A stretch of 64,000 nucleotides of DNA from an uncultured cyanobacterium. GTDB taxonomy: Bacteria > Cyanobacteriota > Cyanobacteriia > PCC-9006 > JAAUQQ01. The translations under genes and the position numbers were made by a program. The stretch is taken from the NCBI GenBank assembly GCA_963718615.1, contig OY970368.1, positions 3,680,001-3,744,000 of the forward strand, in the 5' to 3' direction. This document shows positions 18,906 to 27,852 of this stretch, one piece after another (the stretch's first letter is position 1; each line of letters starts with the position of its first letter). The notes under the pieces are model-generated. The model had not been told where the DNA came from and did no database searches. It worked only from the letters and a program-made list of their open reading frames with translations.

Positions 18906-20642
18906 GTGAACTCCCACAGCGACCAAATTCGCTCCCTTATTTTAGAGATTGATGAGCTATTGCACGGTAGCTCCCGCAATCTGTTCTGGACTCTTTCGGG
19001 CGATCGCGCTCGACATCAGGAAACGCTCCAGCATTTGCGCCGTTATCTCTCAACGCTGCAAAATGCCATTCGCAAAGCCAGAATTCGCAATCTCCCAGCG
19101 GGTTCTGACGATTTGCCGATGCTGCTGCAAGCCAAGCCCAAGACCAGCAGTATCCATCCCCATGGTCCAAAGGCCCTCAATCCCTTTGCCATTCCAGGCC
19201 CGCTCGACGCTGTTTCCCCAGCAGAGGATCAAGCCACCCGGATCCATCCTTTGGCGGAGTCCGATAGGATAAAGGAGACCCCTGAACTGGAAGTTCGTCC
19301 CCTGAGTTACCAAGATTCAGATCAGCTCCTTCAACAGCTCAGCGACGAGCTGACCCAGCTGCGCGATAGCCTCATTGGCCCGCTCAAGGCTGAGGTCCAG
19401 CGGTTGCAGCTCCAGCGCCAGCAGTTGCAGCAGGAAGTAACGCAGCTGGAAATTCGGCGTGCTCAACAGCAATCGCCCTTCCAGGAGAAGTTGCTACAAG
19501 AATTCCTCCAAACGTTGATGGGGCGCTTGCAGGAGCGGATGGTGAAGCAGATTTCCACCATTCTGCAACAGATGCTGCCGCAAATTCTCGCCAGTCAGAC
19601 AGGGGCCGCGCTGCCTGCGGAAGAAATTCAGCGGATTCAACAGCTCCAGCAGCGGGCCAATGCCCTGCTGGGCAATCTGGATTCGACGCTGCAAATCTTT
19701 TCTCAAACCCTTGAACAAAATATCCAAACCTACCAGCAGTCGTTGGCGACGGGTCTGGAGCGAATGCACAGCATGGGGCGTCAAGGGGAAGTGATGATGT
19801 CGACGCTGGTGGACCGCCTGGCGGACCAAATGGAAACCCAGACGGCTCGCTATCTCCAAAGTCCAGCTCCAACACGCAATTTACCGGCGACAGCAGGTTT
19901 CCAATCCATGTCGAGTACGGGCATTGCCAGCCGGACCCCAATCCCTGTTCCTGGGACAACGAATCCTGGGACGACGGAAGCGACTGGGGAGCCTGCCCTA
20001 CCGCCGACAGCCCGTGCCACGCCAGACAGCGCCAATCGGAACGCCAGTTCTAAGGCCAATCCGAACGCCGGTAGTTTAGATGATTTTTACGCCAGCTTTG
20101 CGGCTTCAGCCGCAGCCTCGGTCTCCGCAGATTCGGCCAGTTCAGTAGATTCGGTAGGTTCGGCGACGGCCACTGAAGTCGCTGTTGCAACCCCTCGCGA
20201 GGTCTTACCTAGTCCGGCGATCGCCCGCACGGCGGATCTCGCAGCTCAACCAGAATCCTACGGCAGTTTAGAAGAAGCTCTGTTTGGCCATCTGCCCGAA
20301 GGGGAGCAGTTTTGGTTAATCCCAGGAGAGACTCAGGCGATCGTCACTCCAGCACCAGCCATTCCAGTACCAGCCGCTACTCCCTCCAGGACTACGCCGG
20401 TCAGCAGAACGGTGAATAGGAGCGTCACGACAACCCCGACTCACCCCCCGGAAGCCCAAACGATTCGTTCTTTGAATGAGCTGATCGATCGGACCTTTCG
20501 GGATTTAGAGAGTCTTAATTTGCTGGGCAGTCCCGGCAATACCGCCACGGCGATGCGAGCTGCCGCCGTTCAAGCTTCCCCTACCCCGCTGGGCTCTGGT
20601 GTCATGGTTGACGCCAAAAAAAAAACAGCTCCGCGCTCCTAG
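18906..20642 (+). CDS. Coiled-coil hypothetical protein with low-complexity Ala/Pro/Thr tail; possible N-terminal half of a frameshift fusion
   Basis: GTG start after GAGGTG; Q/L heptads (LKAEVQRLQLQRQQLQQEV...); A10 run at 20616-20625 just before the stop. Confidence 0.8.
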   Translation: MNSHSDQIRSLILEIDELLHGSSRNLFWTLSGDRARHQETLQHLRRYLSTLQNAIRKARIRNLPAGSDDLPMLLQAKPKTSSIHPHGPKALNPFAIPGPLDAVSPAEDQATRIHPLAESDRIKETPELEVRPLSYQDSDQLLQQLSDELTQLRDSLIGPLKAEVQRLQLQRQQLQQEVTQLEIRRAQQQSPFQEKLLQEFLQTLMGRLQERMVKQISTILQQMLPQILASQTGAALPAEEIQRIQQLQQRANALLGNLDSTLQIFSQTLEQNIQTYQQSLATGLERMHSMGRQGEVMMSTLVDRLADQMETQTARYLQSPAPTRNLPATAGFQSMSSTGIASRTPIPVPGTTNPGTTEATGEPALPPTARATPDSANRNASSKANPNAGSLDDFYASFAASAAASVSADSASSVDSVGSATATEVAVATPREVLPSPAIARTADLAAQPESYGSLEEALFGHLPEGEQFWLIPGETQAIVTPAPAIPVPAATPSRTTPVSRTVNRSVTTTPTHPPEAQTIRSLNELIDRTFRDLESLNLLGSPGNTATAMRAAAVQASPTPLGSGVMVDAKKKTAPRS

Positions 20643-20686
20643 AACCGCCTAGTCAACCGCATCAGCCCGTCCAGCCTGATCTTCTG

Positions 20687-22453
20687 ATGGGTACCACGGC
20701 GGGCTGGTATCTTGGACTGGAGTTTTCGACCCAAGGGTTGCGGGCTGTTCTGTGTAACCCGGTGACGGGGACGAGCTATCCCCTGTTTTGGCAAGGCATG
20801 GTGGCGGCTAATCGCCTGACGGAGCCGGTGTGGCAATTGGCGGCGATCGCCCATCTCCCCTCCAGTTTTAGCAGTAACCCAGAAGCGGTTGATATTCAGC
20901 TCCCCCTAACCGGTTTACCGGCTCCCGATGGCGTGTTGCTGTGCGATCTCAAGGCGGCCTTTGAAGTGGGTCTTCCCTATATTTCCGACAGCACGCACGA
21001 TTGGGAACCCCAGCTAGACTGGTATTTTCAGGCGGCTCAGCCCCAGCGGACCCTAACTCCGCAAGCGGCTATTTCTTTGACCTTGGCGCTCAAGGTGTTG
21101 ACCCAGTTGCTGAGCACCCTCCAGCCCGAACGCACCCTGCCCCAGATGGGCACTTGGTCCTGTGGCGCGGAAGGATTAACCGCAGCCCAAACGGCCCAGT
21201 CCCTCGGCAGTCTGGAAGGCGTCATTATCAGTTGTCCTGCGGCTTGTAATGAAGCCTATCGGTTTAACCTGCGCGAGGCTGTGCTGACGGCTGAACTCGT
21301 GACCCAGCCAGAACAAATAACTTTTTTGGAGGTGCCGATCGCCGCCCTCCTAGCCGAGTTCAATCCCGATTGGGGACACCGTTTTGTCTCGACCGATTGG
21401 CAAGGGGCAACGCTGGTTGTCCATGCCGGAACTAGCGCCACTGAACTCGGTTTGGTTTGTTTGCCGAACACGCTGCACAATCTCACCCATGAAGATTTTA
21501 AGCTGCGTCGTTTTGAGTATGGTGCGATGGCTTTGCAGCAGGATATTGCCTGTCAGCTCTTGGCTCCGTTCATTCCAGAACCCCATTTGGGACTAGATAT
21601 GACCGTTTTGCCAATTCCAGGGGAGCCAGATTGTACGGTGCGATCGCAACTCCAGCGCCAGCTCTATCAATCCCCCGCCGGTCTGATGCTCCTAGAGGGC
21701 AGCGCCTATCTCCAGCAAGTGTTGCAACGCCAAGAGCGGATCACCTTTGAGTTTGGTCCCTATGCCTGTACGTTCTCCCAAAAAGCAATGGATACCAAGG
21801 TGACTCAACCCTTTGTCATTCGCCTAAACCGCGAACTGAATCGGCTCTTTAGTGAAGCCGGTGTAGTGGCAGAAGGCATCACCCAGGTCATTTGTACCGG
21901 CAACGGTATCACCCAGCCTGCCATTGGGCAGTGGCTCAAGCAAAAACTTCCCCAGGCTCGATTCATCCAGTCAGAACGGCAAATGGAAAAGCTGATCGAC
22001 CATCGAATTGCCTATGGTCTAGTGAGCCTGCCCCTCTATCCTCAAGTGTTGGATCGAAATACGCAGCAGTATAGCGATTACTTCTTGCTGATGGAACTGT
22101 TGCGATCGCTCCCCCTCGAAGCCTTGACCCTCGACGAGATTCTGGGACATTTAGAAACGTTGGGCATTAATACCCATGCCTGCAAGCCCAGGGTGTTGGC
22201 AATTTTGCAGGGGCAAATTCCGTCGGGACTTGTCCCGGAACCCGCAGATATCTGGGCGTCCCGTCGCAATGCGGACTATCAATCCCTCCAGATGAAGCCC
22301 TTGTTTCGTCAGATTTCGGCCCAAAGTTTCCAAATTGATCAGGAGCAGCGTCAGCGCTTTCTCGATTATTGGGCCAAGGTAACAGCCCACACGCAACAAA
22401 CGCTGGAAGAACCCTATAGTTTGGGGTTGGGAGTATCGGTGATGGGGTCGTGA
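20687..22453 (+). CDS. Hypothetical protein with degenerate Hsp70/actin-like ATPase fold
   Basis: WYLGLEFST (cf. LGIDFGT), VIISCPA...YRFNLREAV, LEVPIAALL, LVVHAGTSATEL and VICTGNG align with the Hsp70 nucleotide-binding motifs. The frame is open upstream to 20612. Confidence 0.75.
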   Translation: MGTTAGWYLGLEFSTQGLRAVLCNPVTGTSYPLFWQGMVAANRLTEPVWQLAAIAHLPSSFSSNPEAVDIQLPLTGLPAPDGVLLCDLKAAFEVGLPYISDSTHDWEPQLDWYFQAAQPQRTLTPQAAISLTLALKVLTQLLSTLQPERTLPQMGTWSCGAEGLTAAQTAQSLGSLEGVIISCPAACNEAYRFNLREAVLTAELVTQPEQITFLEVPIAALLAEFNPDWGHRFVSTDWQGATLVVHAGTSATELGLVCLPNTLHNLTHEDFKLRRFEYGAMALQQDIACQLLAPFIPEPHLGLDMTVLPIPGEPDCTVRSQLQRQLYQSPAGLMLLEGSAYLQQVLQRQERITFEFGPYACTFSQKAMDTKVTQPFVIRLNRELNRLFSEAGVVAEGITQVICTGNGITQPAIGQWLKQKLPQARFIQSERQMEKLIDHRIAYGLVSLPLYPQVLDRNTQQYSDYFLLMELLRSLPLEALTLDEILGHLETLGINTHACKPRVLAILQGQIPSGLVPEPADIWASRRNADYQSLQMKPLFRQISAQSFQIDQEQRQRFLDYWAKVTAHTQQTLEEPYSLGLGVSVMGS

Positions 22454-22528
22454 GGAAATCTGGGATTTTAGGATTTTGGCAAGATTTGCGGGAATGGAAC
22501 AACCTTTGCTAAAATCATCAAACGACCG

Positions 22529-22600
<72 letters not shown>

Positions 22601-22607
22601 TTTTTTG

Positions 22608-22638
22608 AAACCCAGATATTTCCTGGGTTTTGTGTTTT
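22608..22638 (+). terminator. Hairpin terminator after tRNA-Val
   Basis: AAACCCAG...CTGGGTTT followed by a T-rich tail. Confidence 0.55.
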
Positions 22639-22640
22639 TG

Positions 22641-23348
22641 CTAGGCCAACGCCTCTGGATCAATCCCCAACGCTAGCAATTTCTCCGTTAGCCGAGCGGC
22701 CTTTGCCTCTGCCGCTGCCGCCCGCTCCGCCCCCGTCGGCAAGATCTTGCCATCGCGATCGCACCACCGCAGCCAAGTCGTCTCCACGCCTTCAAACCTT
22801 CCCTCCCACAACGTCAGCCCCAACCCCACCTGAGCCAACCAGGGCTCCTCCAACGCCACATATTCACCTTCCCGCAGCCCAAACACCCGCAACGGCTCAT
22901 CTCCAAGTTGTTGCAACGGATCAAACACGACGTAATAGGTTACCCCCAGAAACGCATAATCTCTGAGCTTACTGCCCAGCTCATTCCCTTCCCGATTCGA
23001 AACAATTTCGATCGCCACATCCGGCGATTTACCAAATTCCCAAACAAAATACGTCCGATTCTTCTTCTCTCGAAAATCCTGGGGAGCCTCTACATCCAAA
23101 CTCACAAATACATCCGGCACAATTGGCGGACGGTTCACCGACGAAAAAATCCCAATATCCGCATCTGCCACAAAGGAACGCTTCATGCCCCAACTCACCC
23201 AAGAGCTATACAGCACCTCCACTAAAAACCGCTGTAGCTTAGCTGAGAAGAAGTTATCCACTGGGGTATTGTCCTCGATCACCAAATCGTCAACGTTAGG
23301 CAGCAGTTCTAGCTGGGGAATTGCGTTTTGGGCAGCACGCTGTGTCAT
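22641..23348 (-). CDS. Uma2-family (PD-(D/E)XK) endonuclease
   Basis: EDNTPVDN, IVPDVFVSL, PDVAIEIVSN, YYVVFDP and WLRWCD motifs. Confidence 0.9.
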   Translation of the reverse strand: MTQRAAQNAIPQLELLPNVDDLVIEDNTPVDNFFSAKLQRFLVEVLYSSWVSWGMKRSFVADADIGIFSSVNRPPIVPDVFVSLDVEAPQDFREKKNRTYFVWEFGKSPDVAIEIVSNREGNELGSKLRDYAFLGVTYYVVFDPLQQLGDEPLRVFGLREGEYVALEEPWLAQVGLGLTLWEGRFEGVETTWLRWCDRDGKILPTGAERAAAAEAKAARLTEKLLALGIDPEALA

Positions 23349-23415
23349 GGAACAGACCTAAAAGTGACGGGAGCAGACAGCCTAAGCCTAACAAATCTAC
23401 TGTTGTCTGATATAG

Positions 23416-24900
23416 CTATTGTCTCTGATCCAGCCAATCCTCTGCCAGATCACACCAAGCTTGCACATAGGGACGATGCTCTGGATTGAGGGGGTCGATC
23501 GTGCTGACTTCGGGATAGGTGGCCTGAAATTTTTCATCCACAGGTTGCCAGGATTCGATTTGCAAGGTCTCACCTCGAACCAGAATGGTATCGCGGCAGT
23601 CTCCAGTTTTTTCTTCTGAGTTGTTAGCTGCACTGATGGGGGGCTGCGATACTGGAGTCGAGATGCGAGGAAGGGCTACTCCGGTTAGTTGCGTTTGCCA
23701 ACGCGATAGGGCTTGTCTACCCAATCCCAGAGTGCCTAAAATTGCGACCGTTGGAAAAAGTAGGTAAAGAAGAATGAACTTGAGCAGGGGTTCAGATGCT
23801 TTTAACGGACGAACCCAGATAGGCCAGATGTCTTGATGGTTGCGGCTATCGCTGGAAGATGAATGAGTTTCGATCGCTTTGCGTCCAATAGCAATTGTGG
23901 CGGCTTGGCTATTAGGGATTTGGTTGATAGGGATTTGGTTGATAGGGATTGTTGAGGGAGCGTTTGAGGGTTCTGTAAGCGCTAAGGGCTGATTGTCTGC
24001 GATCGCACCATAGGGGGTTTTGGGCTTCTCCCAGCGGGGTAAGGGAGCTTGTAGCGTCTTGCACAGAGTCAGCAGTTCTGACGCGGAGGGCCGCTCTTGG
24101 GGATTGGGTTGGAGCATCATCGTCAAGAGATCTCGGAAACTGGGACTAATCTCTAGGGCTTGTTGCCAGGGATGAGGTTGAGCAGCGGTTTTGTTGAACC
24201 AGTCAGAGTTGAGTTGGGGAGAGGTGGGTTGGGTCAGTTGGGTAACAGAGAAATCGTTGGTCTGACCACTCAGTAGAACAAGAAGGGTGACGCCGAGGGC
24301 ATAAATGTCGCTTGCGGGTTCGGCCTGTCCGTTTTCTTGCTCGGATGGGCTATAGCCGGGATGTTGGCCAAGGGCCTTGATCTGGGGCGTTGTGGCAGTT
24401 TTGGCGAGAGCGCGCTTAGGGCCACCGAAGTTAATGAGGACAGGCTTTGCGGTTTCTGCGCAGAAGATTAAGTTATCGGGGCAAATATCACCGTGAGTAA
24501 TTTTGCGGGTATGGAGATAGTCGAGAACCGGGAGAATGTCTTTGAGGAACTGGTGGACTTGAATTTCTGCGAAGGGTCGTTGGAGGTGGCTTTGGTAGCT
24601 GCTGCCGTTGATCCATGTTTGGACGAGGATGCGTTGGGGATGTTGTCCTGGGGTGATTTTGAAGTAGGTACGGTATCGGGCAATCTGGGGGTGGTCGAGG
24701 GCAATGAGGCGAAGGGCTTCGGCTTTAAGGGCAGCTTTGGCGGTTTCAAATTCTTGGGGGTGGGCAAAGCTGCGGGGGGTGAAGAGTTTGAAGGCGTAGA
24801 CCTTTTGGTCTTTTGAGTCTATGGCTTTGATGCTGTAGCCGAAGGCGCTTTTCCCGAGGAGTTCGAGGGACTGGTAGCCTGGAATGGAGGGAAGATTCAT
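23416..24900 (-). CDS. Membrane-anchored Ser/Thr kinase-like protein with degenerate catalytic motifs
   Basis: Kinase fold with HGDICPDN, LINFG, GYSPSEQ and SDIYALG; C-terminal TM helix. Confidence 0.85.
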   Translation of the reverse strand: MNLPSIPGYQSLELLGKSAFGYSIKAIDSKDQKVYAFKLFTPRSFAHPQEFETAKAALKAEALRLIALDHPQIARYRTYFKITPGQHPQRILVQTWINGSSYQSHLQRPFAEIQVHQFLKDILPVLDYLHTRKITHGDICPDNLIFCAETAKPVLINFGGPKRALAKTATTPQIKALGQHPGYSPSEQENGQAEPASDIYALGVTLLVLLSGQTNDFSVTQLTQPTSPQLNSDWFNKTAAQPHPWQQALEISPSFRDLLTMMLQPNPQERPSASELLTLCKTLQAPLPRWEKPKTPYGAIADNQPLALTEPSNAPSTIPINQIPINQIPNSQAATIAIGRKAIETHSSSSDSRNHQDIWPIWVRPLKASEPLLKFILLYLLFPTVAILGTLGLGRQALSRWQTQLTGVALPRISTPVSQPPISAANNSEEKTGDCRDTILVRGETLQIESWQPVDEKFQATYPEVSTIDPLNPEHRPYVQAWCDLAEDWLDQRQ

Positions 24901-24955
24901 GGCGACAGCAGGGTGTTAGGGAAACAAAGAAGCTCTACAAGATGTGGCTGAGCTA

Positions 24956-25987
24956 TAGCGTTTCTCAGTTGGATGGCTGATAGTAACAGCCATGGGTAAA
25001 CCACCCCACACAGTCTTCAGGTGTGATCGCGTCGAGTGCCTCCGTAATGGCGAGGTCAAGGGCTTCATAGGTGCGAGCCTCCTGGGTACGTAAGAACTCT
25101 TTGACCTTGGACCAGCCGTTCTCAATGGGATTGAAATCAGGAGAATAGGGAGGCAGATAAACCAGTCGCGCACCCGCGGCCTCAATGGCTTCGCGAATCC
25201 CTTCGACCTTGTGAGAGCTGAAATTATCCATTACTACGCAGGCTCCCTTCCAGAGATTGGGCACCAGGATCTGTTGCACATAGGTCGTGAAGGCGTGCTT
25301 GTCATTGCCTCCTTGAAAACTGAAGGCGGCAATAATGCCTTCGATGGATAATGCCCCCACTAAAGTGACATTCCGTCCTTTGTTGACAGGGGTTTTTCCA
25401 TAGGCGCGTTCGCCCTTGGGAGAACGGGCATGGTGACGGGTCATGGCCAGATTCACGCCAGCCTCGTCCACAAAAACTAGGTCTTCAAGCTTGACTTCCC
25501 CGAGCTCAGTCCAAAATTCAGCTCTGAGTTGTTGGACTCGTTCGCTCTGCCGTTCACTGGCGTGGAGAGTCTTTTTTTTCGCGTTAGATTCAGTCGTTGG
25601 GTGATTCGCCCCATCGTTGCTCGACTCACCTTCACCTCTAGCTTTTGCACAACTTGCTCACACAACTCTTCTAAGGTTGCATCGTTGTTGGCTTCAATCA
25701 TTTGAGCTACTTGCAACATTTGAGCTGCATTGAGTTTTGCTCTCGCTCCTCCTCCATGAGCTCTGGACTCACAGCTACCCGATTCTCGGTAACGCTTGAG
25801 TAAACGATGCACCATACTCGCACTGACTTGAAAGCGCTTGGCAATCTGAGGTTGGGAGACGCTCCCTTCCTCATACGCTGCAACAATCCGCTCACGCAAG
25901 TCCAACGAGTAGGCTTTCATTTATGGTTCCTCTGGGTTCTACGGGGCTCCCCATCTTTAGTCTAGGCTACTCATTGGAGAAACGCTA
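24956..25987 (-). mobile_element. IS630-family insertion sequence with TA target duplication
   Basis: Terminal inverted repeats TAGCGTTTCTC at both ends, flanked by TA (24954-24955 and 25988-25989); two transposase ORFs inside. Confidence 0.92.
24965..25920 (-). CDS. IS630 transposase (HTH ORF plus DDE ORF joined by a -1 frameshift)
   Basis: MKAYSLDLRERIV HTH; slippery A8G at 25571-25579; the -1 frame reads KKTLHASE...LVFVDEAG, VMDNFSSH, YLPPYSPDFNPIE. Confidence 0.9.
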
Positions 25988-26157
25988 TATTCCTGAAAAT
26001 CGATTTGATCACGCCCCAAAATCTTTTCTAGCATCTCGACTAAAACTGGGAAAAATTCCTACACAGTCTGCCAGACCAAATCCAGATCAACTGCATCATA
26101 TTGATGAATGACGATATTGCTCATAATATCTCTGAGGTGCTGTCTGTCTCGTGTCAT
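25988..26157 (-). pseudogene. HEPN/DUF86 (HepT-like) toxin remnant
   Basis: MTRDRQHLRDI fused directly to MSNIVIHQYDAVDLDLVWQTV*EFFPVL: internal deletion, S in place of the R of RNxxxH, and a premature TAG at 26059-26061. Confidence 0.75.
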
Positions 26158-26491
26158 AGATGGTTTGGGCGAAGGTCAAGATCTGCTGTTTACGTTCTAG
26201 GTTTCTACTGGTTTCGAGGCCTTTTCTGCTCACGAGATCGACTTTTCGCTGAAAAATTTGGGTGAGTTGGTCTTGCATTTCAGTGAAGTCGAGGAGAGTG
26301 TGGCGGGCGGTGTCGCTGAAGTCAACGAGGATATCGATATCGCTGGTTGTTGGGTTGAAGTCGGTACGAAGAACTGAGCCAAAGAGAGCAAGGCGAGTGA
26401 TTTGCCACTTTTGGCAGAAGGTGATGAGTTTTTTCTCGGGTAGATCAAGCTGAATGGTGGATAAGCAGCGAAATGGGGGGGAGGTTGTCAT
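26096..26491 (-). CDS. MNT-family minimal nucleotidyltransferase antitoxin
   Basis: LALFGSVLRTDF..SDIDILVDF and RKVDLVS motifs. Confidence 0.9.
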   Translation of the reverse strand: MTTSPPFRCLSTIQLDLPEKKLITFCQKWQITRLALFGSVLRTDFNPTTSDIDILVDFSDTARHTLLDFTEMQDQLTQIFQRKVDLVSRKGLETSRNLERKQQILTFAQTIYDTRQTAPQRYYEQYRHSSI

Positions 26492-26707
26492 GGTGTTGGT
26501 GGGGTCAGGTCTAACAAGGGCTGACCTAGAGGCTCCTTTACTGGTCTATTGTTTGTTTCAGTTTAGCGTTTTGCTTATTCTAGAGTGTGTCGGTGGAGGG
26601 CCAGCAGCCAGACGTTCACCGAATTTACCAGCATGGCTGCTGGCGGTTGATTTTTGGATCCGGTTACCCCGATCGCCAAAACAGGGCTGTTCTTCCGAAG
26701 AACTGTC

Positions 26708-27361
26708 TTACCAACGAGAAGGATTATCTGGATGGAGTTGGTCTTGTTTCCAGGTTTTGGGATTGTCCAGGATATATCGACGAATCCGCGTCATTGCGGC
26801 CTCGTTACGAATGATATGGTCGTAAAATCGGCGTTGCCAGACGGGAACCCCAGGGGTCTGGCGTAGGTGGTTAATGCGTCTGGTGGTGGTGGATTTGAAA
26901 CCGGCCATCAGCGAAGAAATCGATTTGGGCCGCATGGTTACCCCGTAGGGACGAACTGCGTTCGTCCTGCCTTGGGCGATCGCATGGGCCTGCGCGGACG
27001 AATGGCTGTCCGTCCCTACGGTTGGTACGGATGAATGGTTGGTTGTTCCTACGGCCTGCGCGGACGAACGGCTGTTCGTCCCTACGGTTGGGGGTTGGAT
27101 TTCGATCAGGGCGTGGAAATGGTTGGGCATGATGACCCATTCATGGAATTTGAACGTGGGTCGAATTTGTTTCGATCGCAACCATTCCTCCACAACAATT
27201 TCACCCCACGGGGTGAGATGCATTTCGGCATTTTTGATCGTTCCAAACAGGTTTTGCCGTTGGTAGGCGCAGGTGGTGATGAAATAGAATCCGGCGCTGC
27301 TGTAATCGTGGCCCGACAACCGCATGGAACGACGTTGATGGCGATCGGGGTTGTATGGCAT
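26708..27361 (-). CDS. REP-associated tyrosine transposase (RAYT, Y1 HUH)
   Basis: RRSMRL..HDYS..G.YFITTC, VIMPNHFH, WQRRFYDHIIRNE and YILDNP motifs; REP-derived in-frame insert after the HUH motif. Confidence 0.9.
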   Translation of the reverse strand: MPYNPDRHQRRSMRLSGHDYSSAGFYFITTCAYQRQNLFGTIKNAEMHLTPWGEIVVEEWLRSKQIRPTFKFHEWVIMPNHFHALIEIQPPTVGTNSRSSAQAVGTTNHSSVPTVGTDSHSSAQAHAIAQGRTNAVRPYGVTMRPKSISSLMAGFKSTTTRRINHLRQTPGVPVWQRRFYDHIIRNEAAMTRIRRYILDNPKTWKQDQLHPDNPSRW

Positions 27362-27708
27362 TGAATTTTTTGATAATTCCCACATTCCCAGAATGCCCCA
27401 CCGCCACCCATGAAAAACGTAGGGACGAACCGCGTTCGTCCGCCAACGCCGACACCAACGCCAACACCAACACCCACGTCAACGCCCACACAATCGCACA
27501 TCCAAAAACCCAACCCCCCCGTAGGGACGAACCGCGTTCGTCCGCCAACGCCCACACCCACGCCCACACCCACGCCCACACCAAAACAATCGCACGTCCC
27601 AAACGATCGCACATCCCAATTGATCCCATCACACCATTGCGACATTTGGAATTGCGCCATACACCTGGACAGGACGAACGGCTGTTCGTCCCTACGGTTC
27701 GTCCCTAC
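26945..27708. repeat. REP cluster: GTAG plus hairpin GGACGAAC-N3/4-GTTCGTCC
   Basis: Copies at 26945-26967(+), 26996-27019(-), 27029-27052(-, degenerate), 27062-27085(-), 27419-27441(+), 27521-27543(+), 27672-27695(-) and a partial at 27697-27708. ACGCCA/ACACCC hexamer runs follow the 27419 and 27521 copies. Confidence 0.9.
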
Positions 27709-27762
27709 GGTTGATTGATAACCAATGGGGCATTGTCGGATGGATTTTGCAAAAAAATTCGA

Positions 27763-27777
27763 TCGCGCTGCGCGCGA
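27763..27777 (-). other. GC hairpin with 3-nt GCA loop downstream of the putative DGR variable region
   Basis: Minus strand TCGCGC-GCA-GCGCGA, about 75 nt after the kinase-FGE stop. Confidence 0.6.
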
Positions 27778-27852
27778 GGGCGAGAACACCTTAACAAGTT
27801 GTATTTTCAACTAAAAATTGCACAGAGGGCAAAAAGGCAAGAGAGCAAAGGG

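Noticed and set aside
25571-25580. Frameshift in the IS630 transposase as a novelty or pseudogene
   Set aside because: A_AAA_AAG -1 frameshifting is normal for two-ORF IS630 elements.
26945-27708. Possible CRISPR array (palindromic ~23-bp repeats)
   Set aside because: Copies occur in both orientations with irregular, repetitive spacers. There are no cas genes, and the GTAG tag plus adjacent RAYT identify them as REPs.
27106-27810. ORFs with PTPTPT, GVGVGV or AHTHAH repeats
   Set aside because: They are translations of REP copies and hexamer microsatellites that are open in several frames, with no credible start or domain.
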